A stretch of 64,000 bases of DNA from Alphaproteobacteria bacterium (GTDB lineage: Bacteria > Pseudomonadota > Alphaproteobacteria > MPNO01 > UBA830). The notes beneath the pieces are model-generated. The model was not told where the DNA came from. It did not search any database and worked only from the letters and a program-made list of their open reading frames with translations. Below are positions 21,695 through 32,485 of this stretch, in pieces. Where the stretch lies: NCBI GenBank assembly GCA_965243135.1, contig OZ251539.1:448001-512000 (forward strand), written 5' to 3'. Both the position numbers and the translations under genes were made by a program. How positions within the stretch are numbered: position 1 is the first letter of the stretch; every line of letters begins with the position of its first letter.

Positions 21695-24169
21695 TCAGGG
21701 AACTGTTCGGTCAGGTTCTCGACGGAAACATGGATTCGAGCGCTTGCCGCAGCGCACGGTGTCCGTTCTTGGGCGAAATCTGCGACGGCGGGGGAAACCG
21801 CGATATGGCTCGCGTAGCTGCGTCGGATCCGGGACTGGGCCCCTTTTTCGACTACGAGGTCGGCCGCAGGACGCAGGGCCATCTTCCGTGCGGCATCTGC
21901 TCGGTCGAAACCCCGAAGAAAAAAGAGACATGGGCGATTTGCTCCAGGCGACTGTTCGCCTTTTCCTCGAACGGCGTCGCGGACCGACATCGCGAGCTGG
22001 CCGACCGGGTGTTCGCGCTCTGCGGTTTTCTCCCCGGACAGGAAGTATCCGTGTGGTCTGAAATATCCCTCAAGGAGGAGGGGGAGAAAGGCGTGTTCGA
22101 CTATCGCCTCGACTATGTGCTGCGGGCCGCGGAACCCGGATCCGTTCCCGTCGTCGTCGAGACTTGCTCGACGTCTGGAGGGAACAGGGAAAAGGGGACC
22201 GATATCCAGAGCGCCTTTCGCAGGGCGGTTCTGTTCGCGCATTCGGCCGCCGGGGGTCAGGTCAGGGCGCCCGGGGTCAATGTGCGGCAGGTCTGGGCGA
22301 GAATGGCGTCGCAACTGGTCGCGAAAGCGGCGAACAGCTGGGGCGGGCGCGCAATCGTTCAGGATCTTCTGGCGGGTGTGGATCTCATATGGCTAAAATT
22401 GCATAAAGTGCAACATTATCAAGCTGCAAGGACTGTTATTTCCTGATTGTCATTTGCGGCAGGAACTCCGACCATAGCTTGCCATGCTAAACGGCCGGAT
22501 CTTATCAATGCTCTGAAAGTGAGGACGTTCTGACCTCATACTCCAACGCATGCCGGCCCGCTTCATGCGCTGGTTGACCAGAACCTTGTTGGCAGCCTCG
22601 ACAACGCCTGACCGCGTAGCCTTTAGCGTTCAAGCTTGCGTAGCGCGCGCTTGTGCTTCCGGAAAAACTTGAGCTCGCGTTCGAGATCCTTGAGCGCCGC
22701 CGTTGTCGTCGCCTTGTCGCGAAGATGGCGGATCGCCGACCTTGTCGATGCCGTTGGCGTCGTCACGCAGGACAGCGCGGTACTTGTCGTACCAGTCGGT
22801 CGCGACGGTCGGCAACGTCGCTGAGATGTTCGCACGCATGAAAGAAATCAACCACCTGCTCGTCGGGTCGAAGTTTCTCGAGAAACGTCCAGTTGTCGGC
22901 TGCGGCAACGGCAACGAAGGTCGGGCCGCACTTTCGTGCTCGACTTCTTCGGTGATCTGCGCCTTCAGCGTCGTCTTGCCAGCTTCCGGCCGAAATACAG
23001 TGTTTCCAAGCGATCGCCGTCCGCGTCATGGAAACTTACCGCAGGACGCTTCGCGCCAGCACGCTTCTTCGTGCTCGTCGGGACGAAGCGCAACCCCGTC
23101 GAGCGAGACAGCGAAGGAAACCGCACGGCACCGGTTTCGCCTCGCGGATTTCGTCCAAGGCCGCTTCGCCCTTCTCCTTCCAGAGATCGCCCGCCGTCAC
23201 CAGAAGACGTCGCAGGTGGCTCGACGACGGGTTCATGCCCCCCAGCTTTCCGAAGAGTTTGGCCGCGTCTCTCGGCGTGCAGTGGTCCATGATCAGGAGG
23301 GCGCGGTAAGCGGCGGGAACCGTGAGGTAACCGTCGACCAGACCCAGGCTTTCGTCGACGGGCATGAGTTTCGGGTGCGGTACCGAGAACGGCAATACGT
23401 GACCGGACCGAACAACGTGGTTTTTGGCGTCGGCGCAGCCCGGTAGAAGACCTGACCCTCCCGGTGAATCGGACCTTCTTCGTCGTCCCGCGCTTCAATC
23501 GCCTACGGCCGCACGACAGATCGTGAAGGCATGCTCCCTCAGCCTCGAAACCGGCGAACGCCTCGGAACCCTGTTCCTGTCGTTCGATTCCTTTGCAGAT
23601 GAAGGCTGCGGCTGACCGAAGTGCCTCGGCAGTCGTCGCGGGGAGGTCCGAGAAGGACAAACCGGTCGAAGGCTGTGATGCTGACATGGGAATGATGTTG
23701 TGTATTGCTGCCAACATTCTGCCGCATCTTGCGGCTCGGAGCATTCCTTTTTTTGCTCTCCAGCTCCCCTATCGCGACAAAATCCGCCCCTGGAACGACG
23801 TTTTGTCACGAAATCGCTGATTTCGGCCTCGAAGCGCCGCGACACGGACTCGGATAATCATTGAAAATCAACGTCCTATGTAATCTTCGATTTAGCCATA
23901 TCAGATTTGCACCCCTTCTGGCCGACTACACCCATACGGCCCTGCCGCTTGACGATCTGCGCTCGCCGGACTGGACGCCCGGCGAAGTGAACATGGTCGT
24001 TTCCGACCTGAGCGGGCCGGTCGCCCTGTACTCCGGGCCCATAAGGGCGGCGGGCGGAGACAGGAAATGCTGGTTCGAGTTGCTGGGCGCCCCTCACGTT
24101 CCGACGCTGGAATCCATAACGAGGAAGCTGGACGAGATTCCTTCTGTCGCCACGTTTCGGGTGCACTGA
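21685..24169 (+). pseudogene. NotI-like restriction endonuclease, split by ISKra4 copy C
   Basis: Cys cluster RCPF...CDGGG...CGICSV...WAICSRRL, DYVL, STSGG, VWARMASQL. The frame resumes at 23915 (LLADY...). Confidence 0.7.
22374..23914 (-). mobile_element. ISKra4-like IS, copy C (decayed)
   Basis: IRs GGGTGTGGATCTCATATGGCTAAA / TTTAGCCATATCAGATTTGCACCC. 8-bp TSD CTTCTGGC (22366-22373, 23915-23922). Confidence 0.9.
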
Positions 24170-24444
24170 AGCGAATTCCCGTTCGACGGCGCGGCTTGCG
24201 GTCGTCGGGCTTTCCTGAGAGGTCGGTTTCGCGCTTCGCGTTTGTCGGCGCGCGCATGCTCGTCTTTCGCGTTCGGAATCGTCCGCAACCATGCGGGCCC
24301 GAACGGAAGCCGCGGCGCTGAAGTTCGCCGTGCGGATCCCGGCACCACCGTTCATTCCGCGTGGAAGCGCGCGTAGCGCGTCCCGGCGACTCCGCGAACG
24401 CCGCCCGCGCAACCGGAAACCGGGCCGAGGCGGCGTTCGCCCCG

Positions 24445-25440
24445 TTACGGCAGGAATACCGGCAGTTTCCCGGCGGCGCGCCGCATCGCTTCTTCGCCGC
24501 GCCGGTCGTAGCGGGCGGTCGTCTGCGGGCTGGCGTGCCCGGCGAGACGCTGGACGATCGCGAGATCGGCGTCGGACTCGAGCAGGTCGCTGACGAACGT
24601 CCGGCGCAGGTCGTGCGGACTGCAGGGCGCGACGCCGGCCTGTTCGCATCGGCGCTTCAGCCAGATCATGGCCGTCTGCGCCGTGACCGCGCGGATAGCC
24701 AGGCGTCCGGCCTTGTCGATCGGGCAGAGCAGCGGTCCGGGACCGCGGCCGCGGACGGCGATCCATGCGTCGACGGCGCGCCCGGCGTCGCCGGCCGCGA
24801 ATGCGGTGCGCTGCCGGTTCCCCTTGCCGATCACGCGAAGCGCTCCGGTGCTCCGGTCGTAGTCGCCGATCCGAAGGGCGACCGCTTCGGCGCGGCGCAG
24901 CCCGGCACCGTAGAGCAGGGCGAACGCCGCCCCGTCGCGGAATCCGGCCGGCGTCGGATCCGCGGCGCAGGCCGCGAACAGCCGCCTGATCTCGCCCGGC
25001 TCGAGCGCCCGGCCCGCCGGCGGCCTGCTTCCCTTCACGCGGGGGACGTCGACGGCCCGCATGTAGTCCTCCGTTCCGATCTGGCCCAGGCGCCAGCTCG
25101 CCTTCAGGACGCCTCGAAGGGCCGCGAGGTACTTGTTGGCCGTCGCGGGAGCCATTTCCTCGGCGACGGCCGACCTGACGGCCGCGACGTGCTGGAAGCG
25201 GAAGTTCTGCCAGGGAACGTGGGCCGCGCCGGGAAAGCCGGCGAGCGCGGCGAGCCGGTCCAGCGTGCTGCGCATGCCGTCGCGGGCGGGACCTTCCGCG
25301 AGGCCGGCGAGGTAGACGGCGGCCGGGTTTTCGTCCGCCTTGGCGGGCGGAATGCCGGGAACGGCGGGAAAACGGCTGGCGGCGGTTTGCCGAACGGGAG
25401 GAGGGTGCATCGGCGGTTTCCGGAGGCGGTCGATTTCCAT
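24445..25440 (-). CDS. Tyrosine recombinase/integrase (XerC/D-like), intact
   Basis: LLYGAGLRRAE (R), GKGNRQR (K), PHDLRRTF (HxxR), LAGHASPQTTARY (H, Y). Confidence 0.92.
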   Translation of the reverse strand: MEIDRLRKPPMHPPPVRQTAASRFPAVPGIPPAKADENPAAVYLAGLAEGPARDGMRSTLDRLAALAGFPGAAHVPWQNFRFQHVAAVRSAVAEEMAPATANKYLAALRGVLKASWRLGQIGTEDYMRAVDVPRVKGSRPPAGRALEPGEIRRLFAACAADPTPAGFRDGAAFALLYGAGLRRAEAVALRIGDYDRSTGALRVIGKGNRQRTAFAAGDAGRAVDAWIAVRGRGPGPLLCPIDKAGRLAIRAVTAQTAMIWLKRRCEQAGVAPCSPHDLRRTFVSDLLESDADLAIVQRLAGHASPQTTARYDRRGEEAMRRAAGKLPVFLP

Positions 25441-25699
25441 TCAGAATGATAGTTCTGAATACCTATTTTTCACACCCGCCAGATGCTGTGGGCGGCCGCG
25501 CCCGCCGCCACAACAATTCCGACCCGCGGGCTTCCGATGATACCGGGAAAGAGAGAGGTTGCGCTCTGGGCCGACCACGTCGGTCGATAGCTTCGACTGT
25601 TGGCGGTCCGCCCTGACTTCGCGTTCGCTACGTTGGAGGGCCGGTGGTTGCCCCTTTCCGTGACGGTGCGAACCCGACGGGAGATGATCATTCGAATAC

Positions 25700-26300
25700 G
25701 GTGCCGTGCATTCTGTCCGTCTTCGCTGAACGCTTCAAAGGCGGGCAAAGCAGCGCGAAAGCAAGACTGGAAAAGCCGCTTCTCGCTTCATCGTCATGGT
25801 CCGAGCGTCCGGGGGAGCCGGCTACCGAGCGACCGTGCGCTGGATTCCAGGGAAGTGGGACGGCTGTTCGCAGGCCGCGAGAATGACGCCCCTCCCGTGG
25901 GAAAGCGGTTTTTCGCTGCTGTACGGCGTCGGTCCGCGGCAAGGGAAACCGGCGGCGCAGCGTGTTCGCGAGCAACGGCGCGAAACGCGCTATCGATGCA
26001 TGGGACCGCCGCTCTGCCCCGTCGACAAGGCCGGCCGCATCGCCATTCGCCCGGTCACGGCGCAGGCGATGATGATCCGGCTGAAGCGCCGATCAGAGGA
26101 AGCGGGGCTCGCGTCCTGCAGCCCGCGCGATCTCCGCCGCACGTTCGTCAACGACCTGCTCGAAGCGAGCGCCGATATCGCGATCATGCAGCGCCTCTCC
26201 GGTCACGCGAGCCCGCCCGCCACGGCCCGCTAAGATCGCCGGGGAAACGAAGTCATGCGACGGGCGACGACTCGGCTGCGTGTCGACTGGCCGGTTTGTC
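25700..26300 (+). pseudogene. Tyrosine recombinase remnant, divergent from and paralogous to 24445-25440
   Basis: GPPLCPVDKAGRIAIRPVTAQA...CSPRDLRRTFV...SGHASPPATAR*; catalytic Tyr codon is TAA; frameshifts upstream. Confidence 0.8.
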
Positions 26301-26880
26301 CTCTGCACTCCGGCCGAACCGCTGACGCGCCCGTCCTGCTGCAAGATTTGCGAACTTCATTCTTGGTGGGTGGAGATGTCAAACGGTCGGGAACAACCTT
26401 GCGTCCCCGCGCCTTGAACGCTTGGAGAGGCCCGTATCCATATCGTTGGTGTCGATGGGCACTCAGCGGGAAGCTCCAGCCTTCGAGCGCCGGTACAGGG
26501 TTGATGAACGTCGCAGCCCGCTTGCCCTCGCGCTATGCGCCCTCCGCGCCCTTCCAGCTCCGACAAGTCCCGCTCGTTGCAGTACCCGGCAAGCACCATC
26601 GCGGGCTGCGGGGTGGACCTGTCCCTGGCCTCATCGAGCAACCCCACCATCGCGCCCGAGTTGACAGGGAGCATCGTTTTCTACGGCGCAGACGGGGCGG
26701 AGAGCCTTTGCCGCTGTTGGGTCGGATGTCCCCACATGGGTTGCTTTCCTGCGCCTGCCGCTGCGGCAGGATCGGCGGTACCGGTTCGCCGTGCCGGGGA
26801 TCAACCCGTTCGATAGACATCGTCCACGTGTATCGGTAAAGTATGGAACTGAACGAAGAATTGTCGAAGAGGAGAATGAA

Positions 26881-27399
26881 ATGCTATTCGATGTGCATAG
26901 ATTCTTGATCACGAACTTGAAAACTAGCGAATTTTGGAAGGATGTCGATAGAGAAAAACCCGGATTAAGAAAAGCGAGAGGTTGCTATATTTTTTCGACA
27001 AATCACGGCCAAAACTTCAAACCTTGGTATGTCGGAAAAGCGGAAAAATCGGAGTTTGATACCGAAGTTTTTAATAGAAATAACAAGGAAATGTGTCGAG
27101 AAATTTTGAATAAACCGGGAGAAGTTCATCTGTTCTTGTTGCCGAGACTTACTCCCAAGAAGAGAAGATTTGGAAAATCCAAATACTCTCCTCATATACG
27201 ACACCTTGAGTTGCACCTTATTAGTTTGGCTCTAAAACGGAACAAGGATCTCTTTAATGTGCATTACGCAACAAGATTCAGGGAACTGAAAGTTCCGGGT
27301 ATCTTCAACAGCGATCCGGGTCATCCACCGTCGGAGGTCCAAGAGCTCAGGCGCACTCTTGGACTTAGGCCGGCAAAATCGAAGCCGCGGCTTCCCTGA
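26881..27399 (+). CDS. GIY-YIG-like nuclease
   Basis: GCYIF...WYVGKA motif pair, later LELHLI and LFN; AT-rich; GAGGAG upstream. Confidence 0.65.
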   Translation: MLFDVHRFLITNLKTSEFWKDVDREKPGLRKARGCYIFSTNHGQNFKPWYVGKAEKSEFDTEVFNRNNKEMCREILNKPGEVHLFLLPRLTPKKRRFGKSKYSPHIRHLELHLISLALKRNKDLFNVHYATRFRELKVPGIFNSDPGHPPSEVQELRRTLGLRPAKSKPRLP

Positions 27400-28200
27400 T
27401 CCCGTCCCTCCGCCGCCGTAGCATGACACTCAATAGTCGAGCACGGTGGTCGGCGCTTCCGTTTGCGACACAGCACTTTCACGGTGCCTTTACGATAACT
27501 CTACAATAAGTTTGCGGTGTATCGTTGCGAAGCTTGAGCTCGCAGGCGACTATGTCCGCTCCGTATTTTTTCCAGACGTGGTCCTTCCATCCGTTCGTGG
27601 GATCGTGTCGCGGGAAAATTCCCGTCTGCGCCTGCAAGAGTTGCCGTGGTCCGCGTGGAGCGCGAGGCCAACCGCGCCATCCGGTGGGGAGTGTGACCAT
27701 TAACCAGTCCGAATTTCTGACCGCGCTGGCGGACATCAAGCTCGAGGGCCGGTGGGGGTCGGGTTAGGTGGCGGTTGCATCCGTCTGTATCATCCGGGCG
27801 AGTTCGTCGGCAGTGCGATGGAGCTTTGCCCCATCACGGCCGTGGCCTACGACCGGATCGGCGCATACCATGACCCGCTGAATTGGCGCGATGCCGCCGA
27901 CGAAATCGGGTTGGACCATGAAACCGGGAAGGTGATCGCGGAAGCGGCCGACCATGAGGCACCGTGGCCAATCCAACCCGAACGTGCGCGACAAGATCAA
28001 GGCCGCGTGCGGACTGGCGACGTGATGCCTGATTTCGCGCCGCCGGGAACGAGCCTGCTGTTCAGCGACAGCGGCTTGAACCATGTTCCGTTCGAGATCA
28101 ACGGAGACATGGACGCCGAAGACCTGTGCGAACACTTGCAGGGCGTGACCGAGGCGCGGACCAAGTTCCGCGTGAGCTTCAACATCAAGGAGAACGACTG

Positions 28201-28797
28201 ATGACATACTTTCAAGATGCTGACTTTCGCGACATGCGCGAGAACAACAAGGCGCTGGTTCGCAAGGGACTCCAGAAGGCGCGACAGGAAAACCGGACGA
28301 TTTTCCAGTGCATGGATTACCTGACGAACAGCAAAGGCCACGCGATGATATGGACGGCTGCGAACGAGGTCGTTTTCGAGTATGGCGAAGAAACCGTCAT
28401 TGAGATTGTCGAAAAGGAAGGATGGAAGCTGGAAGCTCAGAATCTGATCTTTCGACCGACGACCATGACGAGTCGCGACAAGTTCCTGCAATCCGGGCAA
28501 GACGCGGCGCAAGACGGCGAAGTGATCCTGCTGATGACGTTCCGGGCGTCCGAAAAACTCCAGAACGAGATGCGGCATGAAGCCGCAACGGCGGCGCATG
28601 AGGAGGCTGAGGCTTTTCGGACCGCGCCGACTTTGAAACATCTCAGGAAAGCCGTGGATGATTGCATCGGCAAGATCGGCGCGCCGGGAACCGATTCCTT
28701 GTTGCGCGCCATCGCCGGTACGGGATCTATCGGGGTGATTCCAGAGGACCAATACGGGCGCGTTATCCTTGAGATCAAGAAAAGGATTGGCCAATGA
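28201..28797 (+). CDS. Hypothetical protein in a phage-like gene string
   Basis: AAGGAG RBS; ATG overlaps the upstream stop (TGATG). One of several small coupled ORFs at ~27690-28865. Confidence 0.6.
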   Translation: MTYFQDADFRDMRENNKALVRKGLQKARQENRTIFQCMDYLTNSKGHAMIWTAANEVVFEYGEETVIEIVEKEGWKLEAQNLIFRPTTMTSRDKFLQSGQDAAQDGEVILLMTFRASEKLQNEMRHEAATAAHEEAEAFRTAPTLKHLRKAVDDCIGKIGAPGTDSLLRAIAGTGSIGVIPEDQYGRVILEIKKRIGQ

Positions 28798-28802
28798 CCG
28801 GC

Positions 28803-30438
28803 ATGACCCGCTTCAACCTGCAAATTCCGGTTCAGTTGCTGGAACGCATCCGGGCGGCGGCGAAGGGGTGCAAATCTGATATTGCCAAATTGAAAAATCT
28901 ATAAGGTGTTGATTTTTAAGGATTAACAAAGTTTGCGCGATAGCGCTTCAAGGCCAAAATCAGCGATTTCGTGACAACCGGGCGCGGATTTTGTCACGAT
29001 GGCGGGGGGGGGGGGGGGCGAAAAAAGGAATGCTCCAAGCCGCAAGATGCGGTAAAATGTTGGCACCACAACATCATTCCCATGCCAGCATTACAGCCTT
29101 CGGCCGGTTTGTCCTTCTCGAAGCTCCCCGCGGCGACTGCCGAGGCATTCCAGTCAGCCGCAGCCTTCGAGTGGGTGGAACGACAAGATCAGGGTTCCGA
29201 GGCGTTCGCCGGTTTCGAAACCGAGTTGTTCCAGCATACCTACGCGATCTGCCGGGCGGCCGTAGGCGATTACATTGAAGCGCGGGACGTGGAGGAAGGC
29301 CCGGTTCGCCGGGAGGGTCAGGTTTTCTACCGGGCTGCACCGACGCAAAAGACCATCCACACATTGTTCGGTCCTGTCACGTTCTCCCGCTCGCGGTTGC
29401 ATTCGGGAAGTTCGTCCGCCGGTCGATGAAAGCCTGGGGCTGGTCGACGGTTATCTCACGGTTCCAGCCGCTTACCGCGCTCTCCATGGACCACTGTACG
29501 CCGAGAGACGCGGTCAAACTCTTCGAAAAACTGGGGGGCATGAACCCGTCGACGAGCCATCTGCAACGTCTTTTGGTTACGGCGGGCGATCTCTGGAAGG
29601 AGAAAGGCGAGGCGGCCATGGACGAAATCCGGAAGGCGAAACCGGTGCCGACGGAGGCGGTTTCTTTCGCTGTCTCGCTCGATGGGGTTGCGCTTCGCCC
29701 CAACGGGCGCGAAGAAGCATGCTGGCGCGAAGCGTCTTGCGGGACGGTCAGTTTCCATGACGCGGACGGCAATCGCTTGGAAACATTGTATTTTTATGCC
29801 GGAAGCCGGCAAGGTAACGCTGAAAGCGCAGATCGCGGAAGAGGTCGCCCACATCCGGAAAGTGAGACCCGATCTTCAACTCGTCGCCGACGCCGCAGCC
29901 GACAACTGGACGTTTCTTGAGAGGCTTCAGCCCGACGAGCGGGCGTTTCTTCCATGCATGCGAACATCTCAGCGACGTCGCCGACCGTCGCAACCGATTG
30001 GTACGACAAGTACCGTGCCATCCTGCGCGACGATGCCAACGGTAGGTCATTCGGGCGATCCGCCATCTTCGCGACAAGGCGACGACTGCGACGGCACTCA
30101 AGGATCTCGAACGCGAACTCAGGTTTTTCCAGAAGCACAGGCGCCGCATGCGTTACGCGGCCCTGAATGCCATGGGTTACACGATCGGGTCGGGTGTTGT
30201 CGAAGCCGCCAACAAGGTGCTGGTCAACCAGCGCATGAAACGGGCGCGTTGGAGCATGCGGTCAGAACGTCCTCACCTTCAGGGCATTGATAAAGTCAGA
30301 CCGATTCGGCATGGCAAGCAATGGTCGGAGCAAGCATCGCGAACGACGATCAGGAGGCCATCGCAGCCTGACAATGGAAAACTTGACTTTGGCAATATGA
30401 GATTCACACCCCGGCGAAGGCCGAAGGCTTGAAGCCTA
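28803..30438 (+). pseudogene. Arc/ribbon-helix-helix-like DNA-binding protein, interrupted by IS copy B and truncated
   Basis: MTRFNLQIPVQLLERIRAAAK, continuing AEGLKP after the TSD. Confidence 0.55.
28866..30411 (+). mobile_element. ISKra4-like IS, copy B (both ends present, transposase frameshifted)
   Basis: IRs GGGTGCAAATCTGATATTGCCAAA / TTTGGCAATATGAGATTCACACCC. 8-bp TSD CGGCGAAG (28858-28865, 30412-30419). IGSGVVEAANK motif. Confidence 0.92.
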
Positions 30439-30512
30439 AAGCCCGAGCAGCAACAGGCAGATCGCCGCGGCCGAGCCGCCCGCCAGAAACAGCCGCCTGT
30501 TGTCGTTCCGCT

Positions 30513-32485
30513 GTAAGCGTTCGCTCGTCAAGTGACGTTTTTTGAGGAGTTGCCTCCGGTCCCGGGTTCGGCCTGACTTTCTTGACCGGGAGGGTGCCCG
30601 AGTACGGCGGCGGCGTTGCACCACGTCTGGCGCGCGAACCGGCAGCAGGTTTTAGCGCGGCATCTCGCGGAGCGGCCTGTCCAGCCTGACAAACGCTCAT
30701 GGCCTGCTCGCCCCGTAGCATGCAACTGGTGGTTTTGCTGGCGTCGTGCCGCTCGCCGACATAACCGTTCCGCGTTCGGGCGGCGCGGCGTGAAGACAGG
30801 GCTATACGGGGCAGCCCTCGGCGTCACGCTCCTCTCGAACGGTGAGCGCCGCCGCGAAAAAATCTCGTGGAACGGTTTCGTGCGGCCGGCAGGTAGTTAC
30901 ACAACAAAATTTTGGGCTGGAAACTAGTTTTTGATTCTTGTATACGAACGCCATGGCGTTCGAATCTGCAGGCGCGCTTCTCGGAACCGAGCTGTCGGGC
31001 GGCGGTCAGACTCCACCTGCGTCGCTCCGGGACAACGCGGCCCTCCTCCGGGAGAACGCGGCCCTCACCGGGAAGAACGCGGTTCTCATCCGGGAGATTG
31101 GAGAGCGCGACCGGGCGCTGGCCAAGGGAGCGTCGCTAGCGAAGCCGGAAGCTGCGGAGAACGGCGTAGAGAACGTGAAGGCCCGCAACCGCAGGCTCGC
31201 TCGGGATCTGTACGGGCGCAGCAGCGAGCGGCCGCCTGTGGCCTCCGGGCCGGGGGCGGCGCCCGGGAACGCCGTCGCACGGCCGCATGCCGTTCCCGGA
31301 CCTGCCCGTCCGCGAGGAGGATTCGGTCCCGGACAGGCGCAAGTGCAAGGATTGCGGCAAGGCTTGGGTCTCGAACGGCTACAACGAAACGTACGCCCTC
31401 GAGTACAGGATCGCGTTCGGCATGTTCGACGGCCTGCGCCCGGCCTGCACCTGCGGGCAGGAAAAGGAGGTCCCGGCCCCGGAGCGGGTGTTTCACCCGA
31501 TACGGAGTGTCCGTCTGGGCGTTCGTCCTGGCGGAGAGGTTCGGGCAGCACCGTCCGCTGCGTTCAGTCTGCCGTGCGTTGCGCCAGCACGGGCTTCCGG
31601 TCGCGCCCGGCACGCTGGCAGACGCGCAACGACGCCTGCTGCCGCTGTTCGAACAGCTCGACGAAGAGATCTCCCGGCGTCTGTGGGACGCTCCGGTTGT
31701 CAACGGCGACGAAACGGGGTGGCGCATACGGGAGTTGGGCGAGAAAGACAGCGGCAGCGCCCGCGCCTGGGTGTGGATCGCCCGATCCCACGATGCGATG
31801 CGCACCGTCACCGTCGCGCAGCGCGGAAGCTGCCCGCGAACTGTTCGGGGGCCTCGGCTCGCCCGAACAGGCGGCTTACCTGGTCTGCGACCGACCAGCC
31901 CCTGGTTCCGATCCCCGAACGTCTCGCCGACGTCCAACCCGTCGTTGTCGAACCCTGCCGGAACGCGAGCGAAGGCCGCCTCTGGAACGAGTTCGTCGCT
32001 CGCTACCTCGGCCACTCGACGCTGCCCGGCGCGGCGCTACTTCGCTCGGACCGCCGACGGCGAACCCCTCGCTGTCCTCGGCTTCGGCGCCGCAGCCTGG
32101 AAAATCGCGCCGCGGGACAGGTGCGTGGGATGGAATCCCGAAACCCGCCGCCGCACCGCTGGTGGTCAATAACGCTAGATTCCTGATCTTGCCCTGGCCA
32201 GGAACCTCGCGTCCCATGTCCTCACCCTGGTCGAACGGCGGCTGCCCGACGACTGGGAGCTCCGCTACGCCTTGCGTCCGGTCCTGCTCGAGACCTTCTG
32301 CGAAACGCCGCGCTTCGCAGGAACCTGCTACCGGGCCGCCAGCAAGGTCGGCGCGACCCAAGGTCGCGGCAAGCTCGACACCCGGCGCGAACGCGCTCTC
32401 CCGGTCAAGGATGCTGAAGCCCTTGCGGCGGGACTGGAAGCGGATCCTCAAAAAATAGACCGTCACTTGACGAGCGAACGCTTAC
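30513..32485 (+). mobile_element. IS66-like element with internally deleted transposase and DUF4338 remnant
   Basis: Perfect 25-bp IR GTAAGCGTTCGCTCGTCAAGTGACG. 8-bp TSD GTTCCGCT (30505-30512, 32486-32493). CKDCG Zn finger, VNGDETGWR; RPVLLETFCE...TQGRGKLD. Confidence 0.9.

Noticed and set aside
20590-22446. 618-aa natural MTase-REase fusion
   Set aside because: Best explained by a small deletion at ~21675; its C-terminus is IS sequence.
24445-25440. Rci shufflon recombinase or integron integrase
   Set aside because: About 28 kb from the pilV-like genes, no sfx-like repeats, no IntI-specific insertion and no attC array.
29004-29018. Poly-G tract as a phase-variation switch
   Set aside because: It lies in the leader of a dead IS; the length difference from copy A could be homopolymer error.
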